NCBI RefSeq assembly: GCF_943914565.1
Contig: NZ_CALUCN010000003.1
Coordinates: 97,054 to 161,053, forward strand
Direction: 5' to 3'
DNA from: an uncultured Tessaracoccus sp.
GTDB lineage: Bacteria > Actinomycetota > Actinomycetes > Propionibacteriales > Propionibacteriaceae
Length of the DNA: 64,000 nt
This document shows positions 16,116-25,310 of this stretch, piece after piece. The notes below the pieces were generated by a model, which saw nothing but the letters and a program-made list of their open reading frames with translations, was not told the origin of the DNA and did no database searches. How positions within the stretch are numbered: the first letter of the stretch is position 1; each line of letters begins with the position of its first letter. The position numbers were made by a program, and so were the translations under genes.

Positions 16116-19100
16116 GCCATGTCCACTCGCCCATCCAAGCATCGTGCCGCCCCGCTGGCGGCGCTCGCGTTGACCGGGATGATCGGGTCGTTGATGCTGA
16201 CGACGCCCTCCGGGGTCGCCGCAGACGGTGACACGACCCGTGCCTACAACGGCCCCGAGTCCTGCGTGACGATCGACGGCGACGGCAACGTCGTCGCGCC
16301 CGGTCCGGGCGACTGTGCCCAGTTCGGCAAGGCCGGCCAAGGGCGCACCGACAAGACCGCCCGCAACGTCATCCTCATCATCGGCGACGGCATGGGCCAG
16401 CAGGAGATCACCGCGGCCCGCAACTACCTCAAGGGTGCCGCCGGTCGCTTCGAGGGCATCGACGAACTCACCAGCGAGGGCCACTACACCCACCACTCGA
16501 TCGACCAGGACGGCAGCGTCAACTACGTGACCGACTCGGCCGCCTCGGGCACCGCGTGGTCGACGGGTACCAAGACCTACAACGGTGCGCTCGGCGTCCA
16601 GATCGACGGCACTCCGGTGCCCAACACGATCGAGCTCGCGAAGCTCGCCGGTATGCGCACGGGCAACGTCTCCACCTCTGAGATCCAGGACGCCACCCCG
16701 GCCGCCCAGGGATCGCACGCGATCGGCCGGAAGTGTTACGGCCCGGAGAACACCAAGTCTGCGAACAAGGGCTGCTTCGGCGACGTCTACAACCAGCAGT
16801 ACCGCGAGAACGGCGGTCTCGGCTCGATCTCCGAGCAGCTCGTCGAGACCCGCGCCGACGTCACCCTGGGCGGCGGCTCGAAGGCGTTCGACCAGATCGT
16901 GCAGCAGGGTGGCGAGGGCCGCAACCCGTACCTCACCGCCGACAAGGGCATGAAGCAGACGACGTGGACCGAGGGCAAGTCGGTCCTCGACAACGCCAAG
17001 GACAACGGCTTCCAGGTGGTGAACACCGCCGAGGAGTTGAAGGCCGTCCGGGAAGCCAACCAGGACCAGCCGCTGCTCGGCCTGTTCCACCCCGGCAACA
17101 TGACCACGCGATTCGCACCGCACCAGGCCACCGTCGGTGGCGCGAAGAAGGCCCCGGTGGAGTGCAAGAAGCAGGACATCGGCACCGAGCCCGAGCTGCC
17201 GCTCATGGCCAACAAGGCGATCGAGCTGCTCGACGACCCCACCGCAGACAAGGGCTTCTTCCTCCAGATCGAGTCCGCGTCGATCGACAAGCGGGCCCAC
17301 GGCTCCGACATCTGCGGTCAGATCGGTGAGACCGAGCGCCTCGACGAGGTCACCAAGGCCGCGCTCGACTTCGCCAAGAAGGACGGCGAGACGCTCGTCG
17401 TCGTGACCGCCGACCACTCGCACACCACCCAGATCGTCTACGACGAGGCCGACAACGTCTCGGCGACGGCGCGCGTCCTCACCAAGGACGGCACCCCGAT
17501 GACCGTGTCCTACGGCACCATCCCGACCGAGGCGATCGCCGACGGCTCGACGCAGCACACCGGCGCGCAGCTGCGTGTCGCCGCGTTCGGACCCGGCGAG
17601 GAGAACGTCCTCGGCCAGACCGACCAGACCGACCTCTTCTACACGGTGCTGAGCGCGCTCGACCTGAACCCAGACAAGGCCAAGGGCGCGTCGGAGTCCG
17701 GTCTGGGCAAGCCCGTCGCGGCGTCGAACCCGAACGAGACCTGCTTCAAGGTCGACGCCAACGGCAAGGTCGTCGCACCGCTGCCCGGTGAGTGTGCGCA
17801 GTACGGCACCACCGGTGAGCAGCGTTCCGACGCGCAGGCGAAGAACGTGATCCTGTTCATCGGCGACGGCATGGGCGACTCCGAGATCACCTCGGGCCGC
17901 AACTACCTCTACGGCGCCAACGGCAAGCTGCCCGGCATCGACGCGCTGCGCTACACCGGGTCCTACACCCACTGGGCGCTCAGCAAGAAGACCGGCAAGC
18001 CCGACTACGTGACCGATTCCGCGGCCTCCGGCTCCGGCTGGGCCACCGGCACCAAGACCTACAACGGTGCGATCAGCGTCGGCCTCGACGGCACGCCGCG
18101 GGCCAACCTCCTCGAGATGGCCAAGGCCAAGGGCATGAAGACCGGCAACGTCTCCACCGCGGAGATCCAGGACGCCACCCCGGCCGTGATGGGCTCGCAC
18201 TCGCTCAACCGCAAGTGCTACGGCCCCGAGCAGGACAAGAACTCCGGCTCCTGCCAGACCGAAGCGACCGCGTCGCAGTTCCGTGAAAACGGCGGCCTCG
18301 GCTCGATCTCCGAGCAGCTCGTCGACACCCGCGCCGACGTCACCCTCGGCGGCGGCGCGAAGGCCTTCGACCAGACGGTCCAGGTGAGCGGCACCGCCGG
18401 CAGCACCCAGTGGACCAAGGGCAAGACCGTCCTGCAGAACGCGAAGGACAACGGCTTCAAGGTCGTCACCGACGCGGCGCAGCTGAAGGGCGTCACCTCG
18501 GCCGATCAGAACACGCCGGTGCTCGGCCTGTTCTCGCCGGGCAACATGCCGCGCAACTTCCTGCGCAGCATCCCCACCGCCGACGGCGCCCAGCGCGACG
18601 CGGAGGAGTGCAAGGTGAACCCGGATCGGACGGCCGCCGTTCCGACGCTGGCCGACATGACCGCCAAGGCACTCGAGCTCCTGCCCAACGAGAAGGGCTT
18701 CTTCCTGCAGGTGGAGGGCGCGTCGATCGACAAGGCCGACCACGCCTCCGACATCTGCGGCCAGATCGGTGAGCTCGACGACCTCGACCAGGCGGTGCAG
18801 GTGGCCCGCAAGTGGGTGGCCAAGAGCGGTGAGCCGACCCTCATCGTCGTGACCGCCGACCACGCGCACACGTCGCAGATCGTCGCCAACGGCCCGCTCA
18901 CGTCGGGTCTCGTGACGAAGCTGCGCACCGTCGACGGCGATGACATGAGCGTCAACTACGCGACGGCCGCGACGAACCAGGCCGCCGTCGAGTCCGAGGC
19001 GTCCACCCACACCGGTGCCCAGCTGCGCATCGCGGCGGAGGGCCCGTCGGCGGAGAACGTCATCGGCTTCACCGACCAGACGGACCTGCACTTCACGCTG

Positions 19101-19475
19101 GCCAACGCGCTGAGCCTCCCGACGTCGGTCCAGGCCGGCATCCCGTTCGTCCCCCAGGGCGACACGGACCCGACCCCCGACCCGGACCCGAGCGAGCCGA
19201 ACCCGTCGCCGGACCCGAGCGAACCTTCCTCGTCGCCCGCGCCCAGCGAGCCCGGTGCGGCGAGCCCGTCCCCGGCGCCGAGCGAGCCGACCGACCCGAC
19301 GGCGAGCCCCGCCCCGTCGGAGAGCCCGGCTCCGTCGGAGAGCCCGACGCCCGCTGACCCGTCGAAGCCTCGTCCCGGGCTGCCCGGGACCGGCGCCGAC
19401 GGCGGCTCCACCGGTGCGGCGTTCGTGCTGTTCCTGCTGGGCGGCGCCGCGCTGATCGGCCGACGCCGGAAGTGA
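16116..19475 (+). CDS. phoA: cell-wall-anchored tandem double alkaline phosphatase (two PhoA-family domains, Pro/Ser-rich stalk, LPXTG sortase signal)
   Basis: Signal peptide. Two roughly 500-aa PhoA-like domains, each with DGMG, DSAASG(T/S)(A/G)W(S/A)TG(T)KTYNGA, ADHSHT/ADHAHT and HTGAQ motifs. C-terminal PDPSEPSP-type repeats then LPGTG, a hydrophobic stretch and RRRK. Strong SD GAAGGAAG. Confidence 0.85.
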   Translation, partial: AMSTRPSKHRAAPLAALALTGMIGSLMLTTPSGVAADGDTTRAYNGPESCVTIDGDGNVVAPGPGDCAQFGKAGQGRTDKTARNVILIIGDGMGQQEITAARNYLKGAAGRFEGIDELTSEGHYTHHSIDQDGSVNYVTDSAASGTAWSTGTKTYNGALGVQIDGTPVPNTIELAKLAGMRTGNVSTSEIQDATPAAQGSHAIGRKCYGPENTKSANKGCFGDVYNQQYRENGGLGSISEQLVETRADVTLGGGSKAFDQIVQQGGEGRNPYLTADKGMKQTTWTEGKSVLDNAKDNGFQVVNTAEELKAVREANQDQPLLGLFHPGNMTTRFAPHQATVGGAKKAPVECKKQDIGTEPELPLMANKAIELLDDPTADKGFFLQIESASIDKRAHGSDICGQIGETERLDEVTKAALDFAKKDGETLVVVTADHSHTTQIVYDEADNVSATARVLTKDGTPMTVSYGTIPTEAIADGSTQHTGAQLRVAAFGPGEENVLGQTDQTDLFYTVLSALDLNPDKAKGASESGLGKPVAASNPNETCFKVDANGKVVAPLPGECAQYGTTGEQRSDAQAKNVILFIGDGMGDSEITSGRNYLYGANGKLPGIDALRYTGSYTHWALSKKTGKPDYVTDSAASGSGWATGTKTYNGAISVGLDGTPRANLLEMAKAKGMKTGNVSTAEIQDATPAVMGSHSLNRKCYGPEQDKNSGSCQTEATASQFRENGGLGSISEQLVDTRADVTLGGGAKAFDQTVQVSGTAGSTQWTKGKTVLQNAKDNGFKVVTDAAQLKGVTSADQNTPVLGLFSPGNMPRNFLRSIPTADGAQRDAEECKVNPDRTAAVPTLADMTAKALELLPNEKGFFLQVEGASIDKADHASDICGQIGELDDLDQAVQVARKWVAKSGEPTLIVVTADHAHTSQIVANGPLTSGLVTKLRTVDGDDMSVNYATAATNQAAVESEASTHTGAQLRIAAEGPSAENVIGFTDQTDLHFTLANALSLPTSVQAGIPFVPQGDTDPTPDPDPSEPNPSPDPSEPSSSPAPSEPGAASPSPAPSEPTDPTASPAPSESPAPSESPTPADPSKPRPGLPGTGADGGSTGAAFVLFLLGGAALIGRRRK

Positions 19476-19543
19476 CCCACCCGACGAGCCCGGGGGCAGC
19501 GCGAGGCGCCGCCCCCGGGCCGTCCCGTCCCACCAGGAACCCC

Positions 19544-20320
19544 ATGTCCACACCCCACTCCGTCCGCGCCCGCAGAACCGCCGTCGGGCAGTCACTCGCC
19601 AGCACCTGCCTGCTCGCGCTGGCCACCGTGTTGTTCGGCATGCTCACCTCCGGGCGGTTCACCAACTACCTCCAGGCCTGGTTCCGGCCCTACCTGCTCG
19701 CCGCCACCCTCGTGATGATCGCGCTCGCGCTGTGGTCCCTGTTGACGACGAGCGACGCCCTCGAGGACGCAGCCGAGCAGGACGGGACGGACGACGAGGG
19801 GCGGCCGGGCGGGCACCAGCACGCCACGCCGAAGGTGAGCGCCCTGCTCCTCGTGCCCGCGCTCGTGTTCGCCGTCGCAGCCCCCGCAGCGCTCGGCACC
19901 GACGCGGCCACCCGACAGGACGCCGCCCAGCCGCGCCGTGTCGTCGGCGCCGAACCGGTCGACTTCACGCCGCTGCCCGCGCAGGGCGTCTCCGAGCTCA
20001 CCGTGCAGGACTACGCGGACCGCTTCACCTGGGGCAAGCCCGAGGACCTCGTCGACAAGCACGTCCGCATGCTCGGGTTCGTCGCGAAACCGAAGGACGA
20101 CGCCGACGGCCACTGGAGCGTCAACCGGTTCCGCATCTACTGCTGCGCCGCCGACGCCAACCTCTACAGCGTCGCGGTCTCCGGCGCCGACATGCCCGAG
20201 GGCGAGAACGTCTGGGTGCAGGTGGAGGGATTCCTCGACGAGGACGCCAGCACCGAGATGCCGGTGCTCGCCGCCACCGACGTGCAGGTGGTCGGGGAGC
20301 CGGAGGAACCCTACCTGTGA
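19544..20320 (+). CDS. TIGR03943/DUF1980 family membrane protein (partner of DUF318 permease)
   Basis: Two N-terminal TM helices followed by a soluble domain with the Cys-pair region (RIYCCAADANLYSVAV), typical of YcgQ/DUF1980 proteins. Start at the internal ATG. Confidence 0.65.
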   Translation: MSTPHSVRARRTAVGQSLASTCLLALATVLFGMLTSGRFTNYLQAWFRPYLLAATLVMIALALWSLLTTSDALEDAAEQDGTDDEGRPGGHQHATPKVSALLLVPALVFAVAAPAALGTDAATRQDAAQPRRVVGAEPVDFTPLPAQGVSELTVQDYADRFTWGKPEDLVDKHVRMLGFVAKPKDDADGHWSVNRFRIYCCAADANLYSVAVSGADMPEGENVWVQVEGFLDEDASTEMPVLAATDVQVVGEPEEPYL

Positions 20321-21291
20321 GCACGTTCCTCCGAGTCTGGCTCGCGCCCTTCGTGGCCGTGGCCGCACTGCTCCTGCTCCTGCGCACGCTCGACACCGAC
20401 GGCCCGCTGCTCGTGCTCGAGGGCGCGGCCTCGACGTTCGGCACCCTGCTGCTGGCCATCGTCGTGCAGGCCGTCCCGTTCCTCGTCCTCGGCGTCGTCG
20501 TCTCCGGTGCCATCGCCGCCTGGATGCCGAAGGACGTGCTGTCGAGGGTGACGCCCCGATCGCCGATGCTCGCGGTCCCGACCGCCGGCGTCGCCGGCAT
20601 GGTGCTGCCCGGGTGCGAGTGCGCGTCGGTGCCCGTCTCGCAGTCCCTCATGCGACGTGGGCTGCCGCAGGCTGCCGCGCTCGCCTTCCTGCTGGCCGCG
20701 CCGGCGGTGAACCCGATCGTGCTCGTCGCCACCGCCGTCGCGTTCCAGGGCAACCAGACGATGGTCTGGGCGCGCTTCGTCGCCTCGCTGCTCGCCGTCG
20801 TCGTGATCGGTTGGGCGTGGGTGATCCTCGGCCGTGAGGAGTGGATGAAGTCGCAGGGCGGACACGAACCCGACGACGTCCCGCGCAGCGAGGTGTTCCG
20901 TGAGACCGCGGTGCACGACCTGCTCCAGGCGGGCGGATTCCTCGTCGTCGGTGCCGCCGCGGCCGCGTTCCTCAAGGCGTTCGTGCCGACGTCGGTGCTC
21001 ACCACGCTGGGCGACCACCCCTGGTTGGCGGTGCTCGCGATGGCGGGGCTCGCCGTCGCGCTGTCGCTGTGCTCCGAGGCCGATGCGTTCGTCGTCTCGT
21101 CGCTCACGAGCGTGTCCCCGACGGCGCAGCTGGCGTTCCTCGTGGTCGGGCCGATGGTGGACATCAAACTCTTCGCCATGCAGTCCGGCGCGTTCGGCAC
21201 GAAGTTCGCGACGCGGTTCATGCCGCTGACGCTCGTGGTGTGCATCGGCGCGTCCGTCCTCGTCGGGCGGCTCATCTTCGGGACGTTCTGA
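20317..21291 (+). CDS. DUF318 family predicted permease
   Basis: Polytopic membrane protein with the GCECASVP motif characteristic of the DUF318/YraQ permease family. GTG start overlaps the upstream stop (GTGA). Confidence 0.75.
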   Translation: MSTFLRVWLAPFVAVAALLLLLRTLDTDGPLLVLEGAASTFGTLLLAIVVQAVPFLVLGVVVSGAIAAWMPKDVLSRVTPRSPMLAVPTAGVAGMVLPGCECASVPVSQSLMRRGLPQAAALAFLLAAPAVNPIVLVATAVAFQGNQTMVWARFVASLLAVVVIGWAWVILGREEWMKSQGGHEPDDVPRSEVFRETAVHDLLQAGGFLVVGAAAAAFLKAFVPTSVLTTLGDHPWLAVLAMAGLAVALSLCSEADAFVVSSLTSVSPTAQLAFLVVGPMVDIKLFAMQSGAFGTKFATRFMPLTLVVCIGASVLVGRLIFGTF

Positions 21292-21329
21292 GTCGTTCGT
21301 GCTCCCGTGCGCACGGCACCGACCCGCCT

Positions 21330-21346
21330 GGTATCACGGTGATACC
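21330..21346. promoter_or_regulatory. candidate phd-doc operator: perfect inverted repeat GGTATCAC-G-GTGATACC
   Basis: 8-1-8 palindrome ending immediately 5' of the antitoxin ATG. Confidence 0.45.
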
Positions 21347-21559
21347 ATGCTGGGTATGGCCATGACGCTGCGACTCACTCCCGCCGACGAGGAGCTCCTC
21401 GCCCAGCTCGCCGAGCAGGACGGCATCAGCCGTCACGAAGCAACGCTTCGAGCCATTCGTGAGGCCGCGGCGAGGCAAGGGCACGAATCCGAGGTGGCGA
21501 ACGCGTCGGCACGCGCCCGCGACCGCTACGCAGCGCTGTTGGAGCGGCTCGGGCAGTGA
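21347..21559 (+). CDS. ribbon-helix-helix antitoxin (Phd-like partner of Doc)
   Basis: 70 aa. The N-terminal MAMTLRLTPADEELLAQLAEQDGISRHEATLRAIRE is an RHH/CopG-type DNA-binding motif. 4-bp overlap with doc. Confidence 0.65.
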   Translation: MLGMAMTLRLTPADEELLAQLAEQDGISRHEATLRAIREAAARQGHESEVANASARARDRYAALLERLGQ

Positions 21560-21918
21560 CGCGGTACCTGTCCACCGAGGACCTGCTCCAGCTGGTCGTG
21601 GACCTCGGCGTGGGGCCGATCTGTGACCTGGGTCTGTTGGAGTCCGCGGCGGCACGCCCGCGAGCGTCCCTGTTCGGCGACGACGCCTACCCATCGCTCC
21701 CGGAGAAAGCAGCGGCACTCCTGGAGTCGCTGGTGCGCAACCATGCGCTGGCGGACGGGAACAGGCGGCTGGGTTGGTTGGCCGCCGTCGTGTTCCTGGA
21801 CGTGAATGGGGTCTGGCTCGAGGCGCCCGATGACGAGGCGTACGACCTGGTCATCGGCGTGGCCAGTGGCCGGGTGGCGCTGCGGCAGGTCACCGTGGCA
21901 CTCAGGCGATGGATGTAG
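21556..21918 (+). CDS. doc: Doc (death-on-curing) Fic-family toxin
   Basis: Fic motif HALADGNRRLG (HxFx(D/N)GNKR) and overall similarity to P1 Doc. GTG start. Confidence 0.85.
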   Translation: MTRYLSTEDLLQLVVDLGVGPICDLGLLESAAARPRASLFGDDAYPSLPEKAAALLESLVRNHALADGNRRLGWLAAVVFLDVNGVWLEAPDDEAYDLVIGVASGRVALRQVTVALRRWM

Positions 21919-21939
21919 TGCGCGCTGCCGGCCCCTCGA

Positions 21940-23583
21940 TCAGCGCTCCACGCACCCCTCGAGGTGGAGCCGCCGGCCGGGCCAGCGCTTGATCAGCCAC
22001 CGGTCGTGGCTGGCGACGACGAGCGTGCCGTTCCAGCCCGCGAGCGCGGCCTCGAGCGCCTCGACGGCGTCGAGGTCGAGGTAGTTCGTGGGCTCGTCGA
22101 TGACGAGCAGCTCGGGCGCGCCCCGCGTCGCGAGGGCGAGCTGGGCTCGGCGCTGGTTGCCGGCGGAGAGCTCCGGGACCGGCGTCGCCCACAGCGACGG
22201 GTGCAGCAGCCCGGCGCCGAGGTTGCCGACCCCGCCGCGCCACGTCGCGGCGTTCATGCCTGGATCACCGGGGGAGGGCAGACGTTGCGGGACGACGCCG
22301 ACGCGCCCGTCGACCACGACCGTGCCCGATGACGTCGCGCCGACGGGGGCCCGGCCGAGCGCGATCCATGACAGGAGTGTCGACTTGCCGGCGCCGTTCG
22401 GGCCGGTGACGAGGAGGCGCTCGCCGTGCGCGAGGTCGAGCGTCGTCGGGGCGAGCCGCCGGTCGACGGTGGCCCGGCGCGCCATGACCGCGAGGCCGGG
22501 GCGCGCGGGGACGGGGTCCAGCGCGAGGTGCAGTTCGAGGTGACGGGGTTTGCGGACCTCGACCCGGGCCAGCGCCTCCAGGCGGCGGTCGTCGTCGCGG
22601 GTGCGGCGTACGGATGTGGCCTGGGCACGATCGGCGAAGAACTTCTTCGCCTTGCCTTGTGCCTCGGCGAGCCGGACGCCGCCGCGCGCGATCGCCGTGC
22701 TCGCGTGGCGGTGCGCGCGGACGGCACGCGTCGTCGCCTGTTGCGACTGGTGCAGCGCCTCGTGCGCGGCCCTGGCCTGCTGCTTCGCGACGAGGTAGTC
22801 GCTGTACGTGCCGGCGCACGCCTGCACGCCGGGCAACCCGCCCTCCCCGCGGGCAGTCGCGAGCGCCTGCCACGCCGCGGTGTCGAGGTCGAGCACGACG
22901 GTCGCGACGTCGTCGATGAAGGCTCGGTCGTGGCTCGCGAACAGCAACGGACCGGTGCGACCCTGCAGCAGCCGCACCAAGAACTGCACCGCGTCGCCGT
23001 CGAGGTGGTTCGTCGGCTCGTCGAGCAGCAGCACCTCGGGGCTCGCGAGCAAGGTGGCGACGAGTTCGAGGCGCCGGGCCTGCCCGGGGGAGAGCGTGGC
23101 GAGTGGGCGGGCGCGACCCTCGTCGGTGAGTTGCGGGAGCCCGAGCCCCGCGAGGAGCTCGTCGGTGCGCGCGGAGAGCGACCACACGCCCAGGGCCGTC
23201 ATGGCGGCGAGCAGGCGGTCGTACGTCGCGACGAGGTCCGGGGCCGCGCCACCGTCAGCGAGGGCGGCGGTGGCCGCCTCGAAGCGCGCGGCGACGTCGA
23301 GCAGGGGAGCGCAGCAGCGGTCGAGGTGGTCCTGCACGGTGCCGTCGGCGGTGAGCACGTCGGGCAGGTGCTCGGGCGTGGCGTGGTGCGTGCCGGTGAC
23401 GGCCGCGGTGCCGGCGTCGGGGGTGAGCGAGCCGGCGACGAGGCGCAGGAGGGTGGTCTTGCCGGAGCCGTTGGGGCCGACGAGGCAGGCGCGCTCGCCG
23501 TCGCCGACGCGGAGGCTGACGTGCTCGAGCAGGGGACGGTCGGTGAAGGAGAAGGACAGGTGGTCGAGTTCGATCGTGGGCAT
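21940..23583 (-). CDS. ABC-F family ATPase (two ABC domains, no TMD; Uup/YheS-like)
   Basis: Two Walker A (GPNGSGKTT, GPNGAGKST), two LSxGQ signatures and an inter-domain linker. No membrane domain. Confidence 0.9.
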   Translation of the reverse strand: MPTIELDHLSFSFTDRPLLEHVSLRVGDGERACLVGPNGSGKTTLLRLVAGSLTPDAGTAAVTGTHHATPEHLPDVLTADGTVQDHLDRCCAPLLDVAARFEAATAALADGGAAPDLVATYDRLLAAMTALGVWSLSARTDELLAGLGLPQLTDEGRARPLATLSPGQARRLELVATLLASPEVLLLDEPTNHLDGDAVQFLVRLLQGRTGPLLFASHDRAFIDDVATVVLDLDTAAWQALATARGEGGLPGVQACAGTYSDYLVAKQQARAAHEALHQSQQATTRAVRAHRHASTAIARGGVRLAEAQGKAKKFFADRAQATSVRRTRDDDRRLEALARVEVRKPRHLELHLALDPVPARPGLAVMARRATVDRRLAPTTLDLAHGERLLVTGPNGAGKSTLLSWIALGRAPVGATSSGTVVVDGRVGVVPQRLPSPGDPGMNAATWRGGVGNLGAGLLHPSLWATPVPELSAGNQRRAQLALATRGAPELLVIDEPTNYLDLDAVEALEAALAGWNGTLVVASHDRWLIKRWPGRRLHLEGCVER

Positions 23584-23751
23584 GGTGATCTCCGGGGACG
23601 TCGAGGACAGGGGACGTCTCGGCAGGGCCGAGTGGAGATCACCAAGTCATCGGACCGGACCACACTCCTTCACGACGGGGTGACTGCCAAGGTAGCACGC
23701 TCGCGCCCGTCAGGCGGACCCGTGACGCGAGGGGATGGTAGGAATGTGCGC

Positions 23752-24726
23752 ATGACAGTGTCGTTGCGGCCCGTGCGGGAGGCGGATGCCGATTTCCTGT
23801 GGACCTGGCTCCACGCGACTCCCGACGCGCAGTGGAAGCGGTGGGACGCGCCGTACTTCCCGAAGGGTGCCCCGCCCAGCAGGGAGGAGTTCGAGCGGGA
23901 CCACCGTCGGGGCCTGCCTGATCCGCACCGGCGCACGATCGACGTCGATGGGGAGCCCGTCGGGATCGTCACTCGCGTGGAGGAAGCGCCGGCTGGGGGC
24001 GGTTGGTGGGAACTCGGCATCCTCGTCCTCGATCCCGAGCGGTGGGGGAGCGGCATCGGCACCGAGGCGCTTCGGCAGTGGAGCCGGGTGACGTTCGAGG
24101 AGACCGACGCGCACGTGCTCACGCTGCAGACGTGGTCGGGCAACGAACGCATGCTCGGCGCCGCTCGTCGAGCCGGGTACGCCGAGTGCGGCCGTGTGCC
24201 CGGCGCGAGGCAGTGGGACGGGCGCCGCTGGGACAGCGTGCGGATGTGCCTCGTTCGGCCCCGACCGGGTGCATGGGACTGCCGTCGCGACGAGCCCCTG
24301 CCCGACGACGTGGCCCGGCTGTTGGCGACGGTGCCGGAGTGGTTCGGGTTGCCGGAGGCGAACCAGGGGTACATCGACGCCGCCCGCACGTTGGAGACGT
24401 GGTCGGTGCGCGACGAGACGGGGAAGGTGGTCGGGGTGACGCTCGTCGACCGGGACTTCCCCGTCGCGGCGGACATCCACCTCACCGTGGTCGACCGCGC
24501 CCACCACGGGCAGGGCGTCGGCACCGCCATGATCGAGACGATCGTCGCCGCACTGCGTGCCGACGGGGTGCGCCTCCTACAGGTGAAGACGCTCGGGGCC
24601 TCGCACCCCGACGCCGGCTACGCCCGCACCCGGCACTTCTACGAGCGGTGCGGGTTCCTGCCACTCGAGGAGACCGATCTCTGGGGCGACGACAACCCCT
24701 GCCTGTTCATGGTGCGACCGCTGTAG
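23752..24726 (+). CDS. tandem GNAT N-acetyltransferase
   Basis: Two acetyltransferase domains (WGSGIGTEAL... and GQGVGTAMIETIV...). Start ATG at 23752. The upstream 440 codons of the six-frame ORF are run-on. Confidence 0.75.
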   Translation: MTVSLRPVREADADFLWTWLHATPDAQWKRWDAPYFPKGAPPSREEFERDHRRGLPDPHRRTIDVDGEPVGIVTRVEEAPAGGGWWELGILVLDPERWGSGIGTEALRQWSRVTFEETDAHVLTLQTWSGNERMLGAARRAGYAECGRVPGARQWDGRRWDSVRMCLVRPRPGAWDCRRDEPLPDDVARLLATVPEWFGLPEANQGYIDAARTLETWSVRDETGKVVGVTLVDRDFPVAADIHLTVVDRAHHGQGVGTAMIETIVAALRADGVRLLQVKTLGASHPDAGYARTRHFYERCGFLPLEETDLWGDDNPCLFMVRPL

Positions 24727-24784
24727 TGGGAAGCGCTTCGAGACAGGGGCCGGTCGAATTCGCGAATTCCTGCGGAGCCGCGGA

Positions 24785-25188
24785 ATGATCATCGACGACC
24801 CCTCGGCTGCCGCGCACATCTTGGCGAGAGTGAACTACTACCGGTTGAGCGGGTACTGGTACCCCTTTCGCGTTCGTCGCGACCATGGCCCTGCGGAGCA
24901 GTTCCGGGTGGGAACCAGCTTCGACGATGTGCTTGCCTTGTACGAGTTCGATGCGCGCCTGCGCGCGGTCACGTTCGCATCGCTCACTCCCATCGAGCTG
25001 GCCATTCGCACCCTGCTCGGCCACGAACTCGGGCGCGTGGACCCGACAGCTCATCTGCGGGTGCCGGCGAGCTCACAGCGCCGCAACTGCGTAGCTGGCT
25101 GAAGGTATTGAACGTCGTCCGCAACACTTGCGCGCATCATGGCCGGCTCTTCAGCCGAGGTCATACGCTCCTACCCTGACGTCCCACT
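24785..25188 (+). pseudogene. Abi_2 (AbiD/AbiF-like) abortive-infection protein remnant, frameshifted and truncated
   Basis: ARVNYYRLSGYWYPF (Abi_2 N-terminal motif) in one frame. VVRNTCAHHGRLF (Abi_2 RNxxAHHxRLWN motif) in a second frame ending 25188. About 400 bp versus roughly 900 bp for intact family members. Confidence 0.55.
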
Positions 25189-25310
25189 CATGCCCATTGA
25201 ACATCTGGGAGCGCCTGACCAGTGGTGGCGACGAAGCCGGTTGTGGGACATCGACGGGCCAGGGGGACCGGGGCACCAGGTGAGTAGCGGCGAGTGCGGA
25301 GACGTTGCCG

